From Cyanobacteria bacterium J06626_4 (GTDB lineage Bacteria; Cyanobacteriota; Cyanobacteriia; Phormidesmidales; Phormidesmidaceae), in contig JBCBJQ010000006.1 of assembly GCA_038523235.1 (NCBI GenBank), forward strand, positions 63,655-127,654: 64,000 nucleotides of DNA, given 5' to 3'. A model generated the notes under the pieces. That model saw only the letters and a program-made list of their open reading frames with translations. It searched no databases and was not told where the DNA came from. The position numbers and the translations under genes are program-made. This document shows, piece by piece, positions 8,868 to 18,152 of the stretch (the first letter of the stretch is position 1; each line of letters opens with the position of its first letter).

Positions 8868-9874
8868 CCTTGCTCCTCCCCAAATGCGGGTGTGACCCCA
8901 AAGTTCATCCGTGCCAGTCCGCCTGGCGATAACCGCACCAGCCGAGACTGGCTATTGTCTGCCAGTCGGTAAAGATTCGGAGCGAGGGTGTAACCTGGCA
9001 GGCTGGTCAGATCAAGCGTGCCGACGCGGTTCCCCGACAAGACGTTAATCACTGAGAACAGTCCATCCGGGTCAGTCAAAATCCGGTTGCCATCATCTAA
9101 AAAGACGATGGCGTTAGGCACACCCGGCTCACCGGCCTGCTGCTCGCCGTCAAAGTTTTTATCCACAAACACGCGGCCCACCAGGGTGCCACAGTCGGCC
9201 AAAATGCCGGGTCGAATCGCCAGCTCGTAGGTAGCCGTACTGCTTGCCCCAGGGGTGATCGCCTGCGCCACGTTACGCCCTGAGCCGCGCACCGCATCGG
9301 GGGTCGCTAAGGCCGCATAAACCACCGATAGTTCTTGCCCCGGCGCGAGTGAAGCACCGCCAAAATCGAGGGTAAAGGTGCGGTTACTGGTCGTCACATT
9401 GGTGAACTGCAGGGGGGTGGTGTTGACCGAGTCTTCAATGAACTGCATCCCTAACGGCAGCTCGTCCACGATGGTGATCGGGCCAGCCGGCTGATCGGAG
9501 GGATTGCGTACCAGCAATCGATAAACGACCACGTCACCGGGTTCGGCAGCCCCCCGATCAGCAGTTTTGATGATGGTCAAAGCCGCTGATGAAGCGCCAC
9601 TCGCCTGCAGAGTAGTCGGATTCGACTGCACCGATTGAACGGTTCCTGCGGCGTCAGTAAACTGCGCCCCAGCCTGGTTTTCAACATTAGTCGTTTGAGC
9701 ATACGCCGGGGCAAAACCCCATCGAGGCGCACTGTTGGCCCAAGCTAGCACCTGCACCAGCAAAAACGCGATCGCAGCGACCAAAAAGTATTTGCTTTTA
9801 CGAAAACCGGCTAGGCGCCTGAACAATTTCGCAATGCGATCGAGAATGGAATTAATCCAAACAAGTTGCGACAT
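8864..9874 (-). CDS. DUF11 (conserved repeat) domain plus SdrD-B-like domain protein
   Basis: Hydrophobic N-terminal segment; LTIIKTADRGAAEPGDVVVYRLLVRN..IVDELPLG (DUF11); GRVFVDKNFDGEQQAGEPGVPNA..TDPDGLFS (SdrD-B-like). Confidence 0.88.
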   Translation of the reverse strand: MSQLVWINSILDRIAKLFRRLAGFRKSKYFLVAAIAFLLVQVLAWANSAPRWGFAPAYAQTTNVENQAGAQFTDAAGTVQSVQSNPTTLQASGASSAALTIIKTADRGAAEPGDVVVYRLLVRNPSDQPAGPITIVDELPLGMQFIEDSVNTTPLQFTNVTTSNRTFTLDFGGASLAPGQELSVVYAALATPDAVRGSGRNVAQAITPGASSTATYELAIRPGILADCGTLVGRVFVDKNFDGEQQAGEPGVPNAIVFLDDGNRILTDPDGLFSVINVLSGNRVGTLDLTSLPGYTLAPNLYRLADNSQSRLVRLSPGGLARMNFGVTPAFGEEQG

Positions 9875-10981
9875 TCTTTTAAAGAGACAACGTCCACACC
9901 CTCACACCGCTTACCCTCAGAAAGCTGCAAAGCTTTCCTCGGAAGCGATCTTTACCTGACACACAACCATGATGGTAGATAGCTTGTCCGTGCCCATTCA
10001 GTAGCTAACGAACGAAACTAAACTTTTTGTCTCTAAGCGTATAGCAGAGACGCCAGTAAATATACCTCATAAAATCTCAGGCAAAAATAAATTCATTCTG
10101 ATTACAGGGAAAATATCGTGTGAAAGCCAGCCCTATCAAGGTGGATGGGGCACTTAATTTTTTTTAATCAAGCACTCTTGAACAGTGGAAAACCGCCCCA
10201 AAACGATCTGTTTGTGCTGATGCCGGGAGTAAATACAACGCTGAAAAATGCCTAAGCTGAAGCGTTTAGGGAGTCAAAAGTTATCTCGAAGAACGTTCAA
10301 AAAGGGATCGATTAGGGCTCGAAGCAAGTTTGAGTTTACCCACCCTAGAATCACCTCCAGCAAGCGCTGGTCGATGGGGCTCCAGCATGGCTTTGAAGCA
10401 GCGTCGATTACTCCGTTATAGCCGCGATGAAGTCAGCCACTGCCGCTTGCATTCAGGCAATGACTGAATGCAATACGCCTAAATTTCACCCCTGAACGAT
10501 CGATCAACAAATGCGGCCAGAAGGTCACAAAGAACGATTTATTTCACAAGTCGCCACAACTCCTAACTTTGGTGAGGACTTGCCCTTTTAGCTGGAAGCA
10601 TTTGATGCACCAACTAATTTTAGAGGCTGACTCAGGCGGTCAACCGCCCGCCTAGCGGCCCGATTTTGTCTTAATCAATCAGCGCAATCATGAGGCCAGT
10701 GCCCGAGCGATCGCCTGCAATTCCTAGCATCCACTCATGTTTGCCCCAGCTTTATCAGCGCCGATCTGCCCAGATGATAGTCGTATTAGCGCCAGTTGGC
10801 ACATTATCTAACATCCCAGTCGGGTTGATCTTGAGCGTTGTCTATATCAATTTCTGTCTGTGAATTCGAGAAGCCTATCGTCACTGTCAGTGATCGAAAT
10901 CAGTCCCCCTCAACCGGCGTGAATCGGACGCCCTGATCGACCTCGACATTGCCCGCTGCCCACTTTCCGGCGATCGCCCAT

Positions 10982-11047
10982 AAAAAAAGTCCCTGATTGC
11001 CCTCTCCCCACTGGCGAAAACGCAGCAGGCTAAGGGCGGTCAGAGAC
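10982..11047 (-). terminator. Probable intrinsic terminator of the cyclase operon
   Basis: Minus strand GTCTCTGACCGCCCT...AGGGCAATCAGGGAC followed by TTTTTTT, about 20 nt after the 11068 stop. Confidence 0.6.
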
Positions 11048-11067
11048 CGTGTTCAGGACTTTAGTGA

Positions 11068-12090
11068 TTAAACCGGGGCCGTGGGTTCAACCATGCGGGG
11101 ATTCCAGCGAGATCGCGATTCCTCGATGTGCATGTTTTTCTCATCCTTTTTCAGATGTCGCGGGCTACTTTCAAACGAGAGAGAAGATGGCAACGGGTCG
11201 GTACCGTATTCTGCCTCGATGAAAGCAGATACGACTTCGTAACTAGGAGAAAACGGCTCGTCGCCTAGCTCAGACAACGCCGGGCTGGATTTCAGCGTGG
11301 CCGAAAATAACCCTGTACCATCATCAAAGAACCGCTCTGTGGTCGCCCCGTAATCCGCATAGGGATGGAACGCTAGATCCGCCGGGGCAATGGCCGCCAC
11401 CCAGGAAGAGTAGATCCAATATTCGCCATAGGTGCCGAACTCATTAGCCGATCGCATCATCAGCTTGAGCCAGTGCTCAGTAGACCCGTAGTAAGCCTGC
11501 ACTCGCTCGGCCATCGCCCGCAGATGCGACTGTTTGAACCACATGTGGTGGGGAATAAAGGTCCCCGCCGCGTCTGTGATGGGTTCCACCTTCAACACCG
11601 AGCGAATCCAATTAGCCCAGGTATCGACGATTTTGGCGTTGCCGGTTTCGTTACTCTGCAATAAAGCAAAAGTGTGCTGTACCGGGCCGCCAACCGCTTG
11701 AAAAATGGGCCAAGTTGCCACAGGCAGCAGGTCACTGTCCCACACCAAGTACCACTCGCTGAGCTCGGGAATGCCTTCGTAGGCTCCCAATTTCAACAAC
11801 TGTTGGTAAAACCAGCCAGGGGTATACAGCGATTCCCCCAGATCCAACTCGGCACAAATCGTGTCTTTAGAGAGGCCGACCCGATTAAAGAACGGCTCCT
11901 CTTCATGCACCACGATAGGGGCGGTTTGCCAACGTTTGGCCTGCTCGCGGAGCGGCTCAGCCTCAGTCGTTGGCGTAATGATATGGATAGTGCGGGGCTG
12001 ATAATGCTGAGTCAGCCCCTCCATGACTGCCTGTGTATTCCACCTCACTTTAAAGAGGGGAATCACAAAATCGAACGTTTCAGTTGGCAT
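11068..12090 (-). CDS. Glycosyltransferase-like (GT-A fold, DUF6492-like) protein
   Basis: FDFVIP start, GWFYQQLLKL, YLVWDSD (DxD), FIPHHMWF and GEYWIYSSW motifs. Confidence 0.65.
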   Translation of the reverse strand: MPTETFDFVIPLFKVRWNTQAVMEGLTQHYQPRTIHIITPTTEAEPLREQAKRWQTAPIVVHEEEPFFNRVGLSKDTICAELDLGESLYTPGWFYQQLLKLGAYEGIPELSEWYLVWDSDLLPVATWPIFQAVGGPVQHTFALLQSNETGNAKIVDTWANWIRSVLKVEPITDAAGTFIPHHMWFKQSHLRAMAERVQAYYGSTEHWLKLMMRSANEFGTYGEYWIYSSWVAAIAPADLAFHPYADYGATTERFFDDGTGLFSATLKSSPALSELGDEPFSPSYEVVSAFIEAEYGTDPLPSSLSFESSPRHLKKDEKNMHIEESRSRWNPRMVEPTAPV

Positions 12091-12093
12091 AGA

Positions 12094-13857
12094 TTATGCG
12101 ATCGCCTCCGGCATCGACGACAACGCCTCGGCTTCTGCAGGCGTGTGATGTGCAATGGTGGATGGATCCTCTAAACCCACTTCACTACAGAGGGAATCGA
12201 TGCCGCCCCCGGCCCGCGGATACTCAGCACAGATTGCCTGATATTCCGAAACGGCGATAATCAGCTCGTCCTGGGTCATCTCATTCAGGTAACCACACTG
12301 ACCAATAGCCCCTTTCGGCAGAGGAGCCACTAGGTTGTTACCGCGCTTTTGCACGATTTTTTCTTGAGCGGCCCACATGAGGTCGCGCTCCAGCAGAATG
12401 TCGCTCCACAAGCTGAGACCAAAGGAGCTGATCAAGTTCATAATGCGCTCAAAATCAGCTTTGCTGATCCACTCATGGCGGTAGCTGACATAAGCGCCAA
12501 AACCCATGCCAATCGAGACTGCGTGGCCGTGGAGCAACCCGGATGCAATTTCAAATCCAGGGGACCAGGTATGGCCGTAGGCATGGGGACGACACTGGTG
12601 AGTTTCGTACAAGTTGTCATACTCGGCCTCAACGTAGCTGCGCATCGCCGCTCCTAAGATTTTCTGCGACAGTTCACCAATCGGTGCGTCCGATGGGCAA
12701 TCTAAAGAGCCAAAGCGAGTGGTGACAAGTTCTGGGCCCGCCTGCTCTAGGTCAGCAAACAGCTCCGCATCCTTAACGACCGCCATTTTGATGATTTCCG
12801 CAACGCCATGACGCAGCCAGCCTTCCTTCAAGGTCTTGAAGAACGAGCGATCAGTAATGGAAAGCACTGGGGCGTGGTAAGCCCCAAACAGGTTCTTGTA
12901 GCCAAAGCCATCGCAGCAAGTCCGGGGTGAAGGCCCCGCATCAATACCCGCCACAATCGAAGTAGAAAGCATCACGTAAGGCGTGTTGCGGTGATAGAGC
13001 GCACAGGCTAAACCGCCCGTATCGGTCAGCACCCCGCCGCCAATGATCAGCACCGGCTCATTACGCGAAACGCCTAAGCGCTTGAAGTCGCCCAGCATCC
13101 GCTCAACGGTATGAATCCCCTTATCCACTTCCATCGCCCGGTAGACCAGCTTGTCTAAGTGGATGCCGTGATGGGCAAAGTAATGTTCGACCTGTTCGCC
13201 GTAGAAGCGCTCAACATTTTGGTCAATTAGACAAACGCAGCGTCCAGCCGCAATATACGTGTCACGCAGAATCGGTTGCTGAGGGTCCAAGACGTTCTCG
13301 AGCACCCGAATGGAAGTGAAGGTACTGGCGGTCATGACGGCTTCGACCGTTTGATCATTGTCAGTACTGACGACGTACCCCTTGCTGTGACGGTAGCTAG
13401 AGGTGGGATGAATCGCATGGGGGTCAGCCTCTACCAGATGCGCTGCTAGCTGTCGGTAGTAATCGCCCTCAGAACCTTGGATTAGCACCTGCAGCAGCTT
13501 TTCTTGACCGAGGGGTGATTGGCGAATTTGGTCAGCCCAGTTGGACCAAATTGCCCCCACCGCCTCATCAAAGGCACCCAGCAGCTCTGACAGCAGGCTA
13601 GAAAATTGGCTCAAAGAACTATTGAGACAACTGCGCAGACGACGGCAAGCCGCAAGCCCCTCGATCGCATCCGCCATTGCAAACTCTTGCCCTAACTCCG
13701 GAGCAAACGCTGGGGCATTGATCAGTGCCAGCAACAGTTCTCGGAAGGGCGAACTCGAGAAAAGGTTTTCGGTGGTATGTTTTAAGTCTTTATCAACTAG
13801 GAATTGGCTGTCATACGCTGCGATAAAGGCTTTTACTGCCGAAGTAGTCGATGTCAT
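12094..13857 (-). CDS. Sedoheptulose-7-phosphate cyclase, divergent demethyl-4-deoxygadusol synthase (MysA-like) with long N-terminal extension
   Basis: IGGGVLTDTGGLACALYHRNTPY, GIDAGPSPRTCCDG, YKNLFGAYH, AEIIKMA, AYGHTWSP, HGHAV. HTWSP and HGHA are DDGS-type rather than DHQS/EEVS. Start taken at ATG 13857; the ORF extends to 13911. Confidence 0.85.
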   Translation of the reverse strand: MTSTTSAVKAFIAAYDSQFLVDKDLKHTTENLFSSSPFRELLLALINAPAFAPELGQEFAMADAIEGLAACRRLRSCLNSSLSQFSSLLSELLGAFDEAVGAIWSNWADQIRQSPLGQEKLLQVLIQGSEGDYYRQLAAHLVEADPHAIHPTSSYRHSKGYVVSTDNDQTVEAVMTASTFTSIRVLENVLDPQQPILRDTYIAAGRCVCLIDQNVERFYGEQVEHYFAHHGIHLDKLVYRAMEVDKGIHTVERMLGDFKRLGVSRNEPVLIIGGGVLTDTGGLACALYHRNTPYVMLSTSIVAGIDAGPSPRTCCDGFGYKNLFGAYHAPVLSITDRSFFKTLKEGWLRHGVAEIIKMAVVKDAELFADLEQAGPELVTTRFGSLDCPSDAPIGELSQKILGAAMRSYVEAEYDNLYETHQCRPHAYGHTWSPGFEIASGLLHGHAVSIGMGFGAYVSYRHEWISKADFERIMNLISSFGLSLWSDILLERDLMWAAQEKIVQKRGNNLVAPLPKGAIGQCGYLNEMTQDELIIAVSEYQAICAEYPRAGGGIDSLCSEVGLEDPSTIAHHTPAEAEALSSMPEAIA

Positions 13858-14334
13858 CACAAGTACCTGAAAAGACGTAGGCAACAATGAGCCAAGGCAA
13901 ACAAAGATCACCTTGCTTTACGCAAATTAACACAGTCGCTCACATAAATCTTAAAAGAACATTACAGATTCGGGGATACGCCCAATGATACGGTGGTAGG
14001 TTAAGGGATAGTAAGGTTGTTCTGCTAATTTTTTCTGGTGCTAGAACTTGAACTGGCGATCTATCAGCGCTCCATCTTCAATTACCCTGAGATGAGAATG
14101 CGAGTGTAAGAATCGAGGGCTTTACGCATTTGCATGGATTTGAGGAAACTGCCGATCGCCATTCCTTGACATCGGGCAGTGGGCAATCCCTGAGCAATCA
14201 CGAGCGTTTTACTGAGTTGCCATGTTGAGCTCCTGATCGCATCATCGACTCGGTGAAACCCCTTTAACATTCCTCTCCATCCTCGTCATTTAGTCACGAC
14301 AAACGTTTGGCGTAATCGGTTACAGCCTCTATCG

Positions 14335-15423
14335 ATGAGCGATCCTTCTCCCACTGACATTGCCTGGATGCAGCGATGTCGACAGCTTGCCAGCCAAGCC
14401 GCCGGCAAAACGTCGCCCAATCCTCTTGTTGGTTCAGTCGTTGTGCAGAATGGACAGGCTGTAGGCGAAGGGTTTCATCCAGGAGCGGGGCAGCCCCACG
14501 CCGAAGTGTTTGCCCTCAGAGCAGCAGGCGATCGCGCCCGTGGGGCCACGCTTTACGTCAATTTGGAACCCTGCAATCACACCGGTCGCACCCCGCCCTG
14601 CACAGCAGCGATCATTGCGGCCGGGATTGCCCGAGTGGTGATTGGCATGATTGACCCTGACCCGCGGGTTTCTGGCGGCGGCGTGCAGCGGTTGCAGCAG
14701 GCGGGCATTCGCGTCACCACCGGGGTCGAAGAGAGCGCCTGTCAACGCTTAAACGAAGCCTTTAGTCACAGCGTGATCCACCAGCGCCCCTTTGGCATTT
14801 TGAAATACGCCATGACGCTGGATGGCAAAATTGCCGCCACTGGGGGCCATAGCGCCTGGGTGACGAGTCCGGCGGCCCGCGCTTGGGTGCATCGACTGCG
14901 CAGTCAGACTGACGCCGTTATTGTGGGCGGGCAAACAGTGCGGCAAGATAATCCTCACCTCACGAGCCACGGTCAGGGCGATCGCTCGCCGCTGCGGGTC
15001 GTCATGAGTCGCACCCTAGAGTTGCCGGAGCAAGCGCACCTGTGGGAGCAGCAGACAGCAAAAACGCTGGTGTTTTGCGAAGCGGAGGCGGCTGCCTCGA
15101 AGCAACAGGCGCTAGCTAGTCAAGGCGTTGAAGTGCTGGCCTTGCCCAAGTTAGAACCTGCCCACGTCCTCTCAGTGCTGCATCAGCGGGGCCTGCGGTC
15201 GGTGCTATGGGAATGTGGCGGTCAGCTCTCAGCCCGTGCGATCGCGCAAAACTGTGTCCAAAAAGTCTGTGCGTTTATCGCCCCCAAAATCATCGGTGGC
15301 CCTGCAGCGCCGACACCCATCGGTGAACTCGGACTCACAAAAATGTCGGAGGCGATCGCCTTAACCGATGTCACCATCGAAGCGATCGCCTCCGACCTAC
15401 TCATTCAGGGTTATGTGAACTGA
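14335..15423 (+). CDS. ribD: Riboflavin biosynthesis deaminase/reductase
   Basis: TSPNPLVG, HAE, LEPCNHTGRTPPC, KYAMTLDGKIA. Confidence 0.97.
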   Translation: MSDPSPTDIAWMQRCRQLASQAAGKTSPNPLVGSVVVQNGQAVGEGFHPGAGQPHAEVFALRAAGDRARGATLYVNLEPCNHTGRTPPCTAAIIAAGIARVVIGMIDPDPRVSGGGVQRLQQAGIRVTTGVEESACQRLNEAFSHSVIHQRPFGILKYAMTLDGKIAATGGHSAWVTSPAARAWVHRLRSQTDAVIVGGQTVRQDNPHLTSHGQGDRSPLRVVMSRTLELPEQAHLWEQQTAKTLVFCEAEAAASKQQALASQGVEVLALPKLEPAHVLSVLHQRGLRSVLWECGGQLSARAIAQNCVQKVCAFIAPKIIGGPAAPTPIGELGLTKMSEAIALTDVTIEAIASDLLIQGYVN

Positions 15424-15543
15424 ACTTCAGAGCGTGACTGAGTCCACTTTCGCAGGGCTCTGCGCTCCCCAGAACCGACATTTTCGGCAAGGGGTGGGCA
15501 ATACAAACCCCAGCGGCCGTGGCGGCTATTTAAAAGCCACGCC

Positions 15544-15927
15544 CTAAACTTCGCGAAAGGGTTGAATGCGAAACGCCTGCTGCAGGGCATAGCGATCGAG
15601 ATTTAAATGCTGCAGGTAGTCGATCAAGGCCGAGCGTAAATCATCCCGACTCTTCAAGCCTTCGATGCGGTGATCGACTTGCCCCTGTTGAAAAATCAGC
15701 AGCGTGGGCAACGTCGTGAGGCGATACTGATTGGCCAGCTTGAGATTATCGTCGGCGTTGATATCAACTAGCCGCAGATTGCCGAGCCACTCATCTTGCA
15801 AACTCATTAGCAGCGGTTCGACCAGCCGACAAACCCCACACCAAGGAGCCCAAAAGTGGACGAGAACGGGAACCGGTGATCCCAAGACTTCAGCGTCAAA
15901 AGTCGATTCGTCAGTCGTCAAAGACAT
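15544..15927 (-). CDS. Thioredoxin, atypical TrxC-like (WCGVC)
   Basis: VLVHFWAPWCGVC and the LPTL cis-Pro motif. Confidence 0.85.
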   Translation of the reverse strand: MSLTTDESTFDAEVLGSPVPVLVHFWAPWCGVCRLVEPLLMSLQDEWLGNLRLVDINADDNLKLANQYRLTTLPTLLIFQQGQVDHRIEGLKSRDDLRSALIDYLQHLNLDRYALQQAFRIQPFREV

Positions 15928-16564
15928 AGGTTTGTAAAAGAGAGCATAAAAAATTTACTTTTCATTTCATTGTATAGGAGTCGGGTCGGCATTATAGAGA
16001 TTCGCAGTCACTTTGTCGGCGTCCGATAACATCATGCAAGTAACGAAAGATGAACTAAGTATTTGTACTCGTTAGGTTAGTGTTAGCGCCCTTAATCTTG
16101 ATCCCCACCTGGTTTAGTGCCAATTGCGATGAGACTACAGCAGAAAGCTCACTGTACTGACCAGAGAAACGTAATGTATCGTTAAATTCTTTTCAGTTTG
16201 TTTCGATTTTGCTGAGAAAACCCTCCAGCGGGATCAAACAAAGTTCACAGAGCTCAGTTGGCGGTACTTCCCTTGATCTCACCGCCTCGAGATCGCCCCG
16301 AATAATGTCCGTGGCCAGTCGGCAGGAGCAACTTCTCAGGTCAGGCCGGTGGAGATACGGTGATCGATTTTAGTGATCGCCCGCAGCCCACCCCTCGTGC
16401 ATCATTGGGATCGTCATTCTCCTCAACGCAGATCAATTAGGAAAACGCGATCGTCGTCCTCAAGGGATGACGCCTCTGGAGCATGAGCCGCTCGCCACTT
16501 GCGACCAGAGTCTGTCGTCCCGTATTGACGACATAATGAGGCTAGTTTTTTCGATGCATGGTTC

Positions 16565-17824
16565 ATGTCTGCTTCTACCCTGACGGCCTCCTCTCCCCTT
16601 GATCTTGATTACGTGCGATCGCACTTTCCAGCCTTAGCCCAGGGCTGGACTTTTTTTGACAACGCCGGTGGCTCGCAGATTCTGCGGCCCGTTGTCGATC
16701 GCATCACCGAATTTCTCTACGACTCCAACGTTCAGCTCGGTGCTTCTTACACAATCTCGCAGACAGCCACGGCACGGGTCGAGCAGGGAGCTGAGGCGAT
16801 GGCGACGCTGATCAATGCCGCCGCCGCCGAAGAGGTTGTGCTGGGGCCAAGTTCATCAGCCCTGTTTAGAATTTTGGCCCACTGCCTGGGGCAAACCCTG
16901 CAGCCAGGGGATGAAATCGTGGTGACCAACTGTGACCACGAAGCCAACATCAGCCCCTGGATGGAGCTGCAGCGGTTGGGCATCACGGTAAAAATTTGGT
17001 CCGTTGACCCTGATACGCTCGACCTCGCGATCGCTGACTTAGAGGCCCTGCTGACCTCACGGACACGCTTGGTCGCCGTCACCCATGTCTCTAACGTGCT
17101 GGGTACCATCAACCCGATTCGGCAAATTGCTGATCGCGTCCACGCTCACGGGACGCTGATCTGCGTCGATGGGGTCGCCTATGCCCCCCACCGCCGCATC
17201 GACGTGCAGGCGCTGGATGTCGATTTTTATGTGTTTAGTCTCTATAAGGTATATGGGCCGCACTTAGCGATGCTCTATGGCAAACGCGAGCACCTGTTGG
17301 CCCTGCCGGGATACAACCATTATTTTGTTGAGCCCACGGCGATTCCCTACAAGTTTCAGCCGGGGGGCACCAGTTACGAACTCAGCTACAGCGCGATCGC
17401 CATTCCCCAGTATTTGCAAACTCTGGCGCAGCATCATCGGGGACAAGATGCTGCCGATACAGCAACCGGCCAGCTTGATCAGGCGTTTGCGCTGATTCAA
17501 GATCATGAGGCCGCGCTGGCAGAACGGCTGCTGAGTTTTCTGCGCAGCAAACCCAACGTGCAGATCATCGGCTGTCCTGAAGCAGATGCAACTCAGCGAG
17601 TGCCGACAATCGCCTTCACCGTGAACGGCCTGGCCAGCGATCAAATCCCACCGCAAATCGACCCCTACAAAATCGGTATTCGCTCGGGCCATTTCTACGC
17701 CCTGCGCCTGATCGAAGCTTTGGGCCTGCTGTCGCAAAACGGCGTGGTGCGCGTCAGCATGGTGCACTACAACACGCTGGCAGAGTGCGATCGCCTGATT
17801 CAACTGTTCGATGAGCTGTTCTAG
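16565..17824 (+). CDS. Cysteine desulfurase-like PLP enzyme (aminotransferase class V)
   Basis: FFDNAGGSQ, DHEAN, DGVAYAPH, FSLYKVYGPH. Confidence 0.9.
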   Translation: MSASTLTASSPLDLDYVRSHFPALAQGWTFFDNAGGSQILRPVVDRITEFLYDSNVQLGASYTISQTATARVEQGAEAMATLINAAAAEEVVLGPSSSALFRILAHCLGQTLQPGDEIVVTNCDHEANISPWMELQRLGITVKIWSVDPDTLDLAIADLEALLTSRTRLVAVTHVSNVLGTINPIRQIADRVHAHGTLICVDGVAYAPHRRIDVQALDVDFYVFSLYKVYGPHLAMLYGKREHLLALPGYNHYFVEPTAIPYKFQPGGTSYELSYSAIAIPQYLQTLAQHHRGQDAADTATGQLDQAFALIQDHEAALAERLLSFLRSKPNVQIIGCPEADATQRVPTIAFTVNGLASDQIPPQIDPYKIGIRSGHFYALRLIEALGLLSQNGVVRVSMVHYNTLAECDRLIQLFDELF

Positions 17825-18008
17825 GGGCTGTGGTTCATTATTCCAATAGTCGACAAACATCGAGTGCATGGAGCAAGCGCGGTCATGCCCGTCCCCAAAA
17901 TGACTACACCGAATAGATGATGCGCTCGCTCTAAGGTTCACGGACCGATTGGCCAATTCGGGCGCTGTGCCCAGATCATAAACCGAGCGCAGAAACCAAT
18001 TTTGTCAG

Positions 18009-18027
18009 GGTTGGGCAGTGCCCAACC
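18009..18027. repeat. Short REP-like palindrome between convergent genes
   Basis: GGTTGGGCA-G-TGCCCAACC, a perfect 9-1-9 inverted repeat. Confidence 0.5.
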
Positions 18028-18152
18028 TCGGCGGTTGGGGCGGCTATTTTTGAGCCAATCCCCAACTGGGTGAGTGAGCTCGATTCGCTAAGGAACAAAC
18101 CGAAAACTCCGCCCCCTGGCCCCACCGCTCCCTGACATGGTCAGCAGTCCGA

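Noticed and set aside
9875..11067. c-di-GMP-I riboswitch upstream of the adhesin-like operon
   Set aside because: No GGCAAAC...GAAA...GACGCAAAG pattern was found by eye on the minus strand.
12094..13857. Annotation as 3-dehydroquinate synthase (aroB)
   Set aside because: It lacks the DHQS-type GGKTG/N(L/F)GHT/HGEA pattern and instead has AYGHTWSP and HGHA, typical of DDGS.
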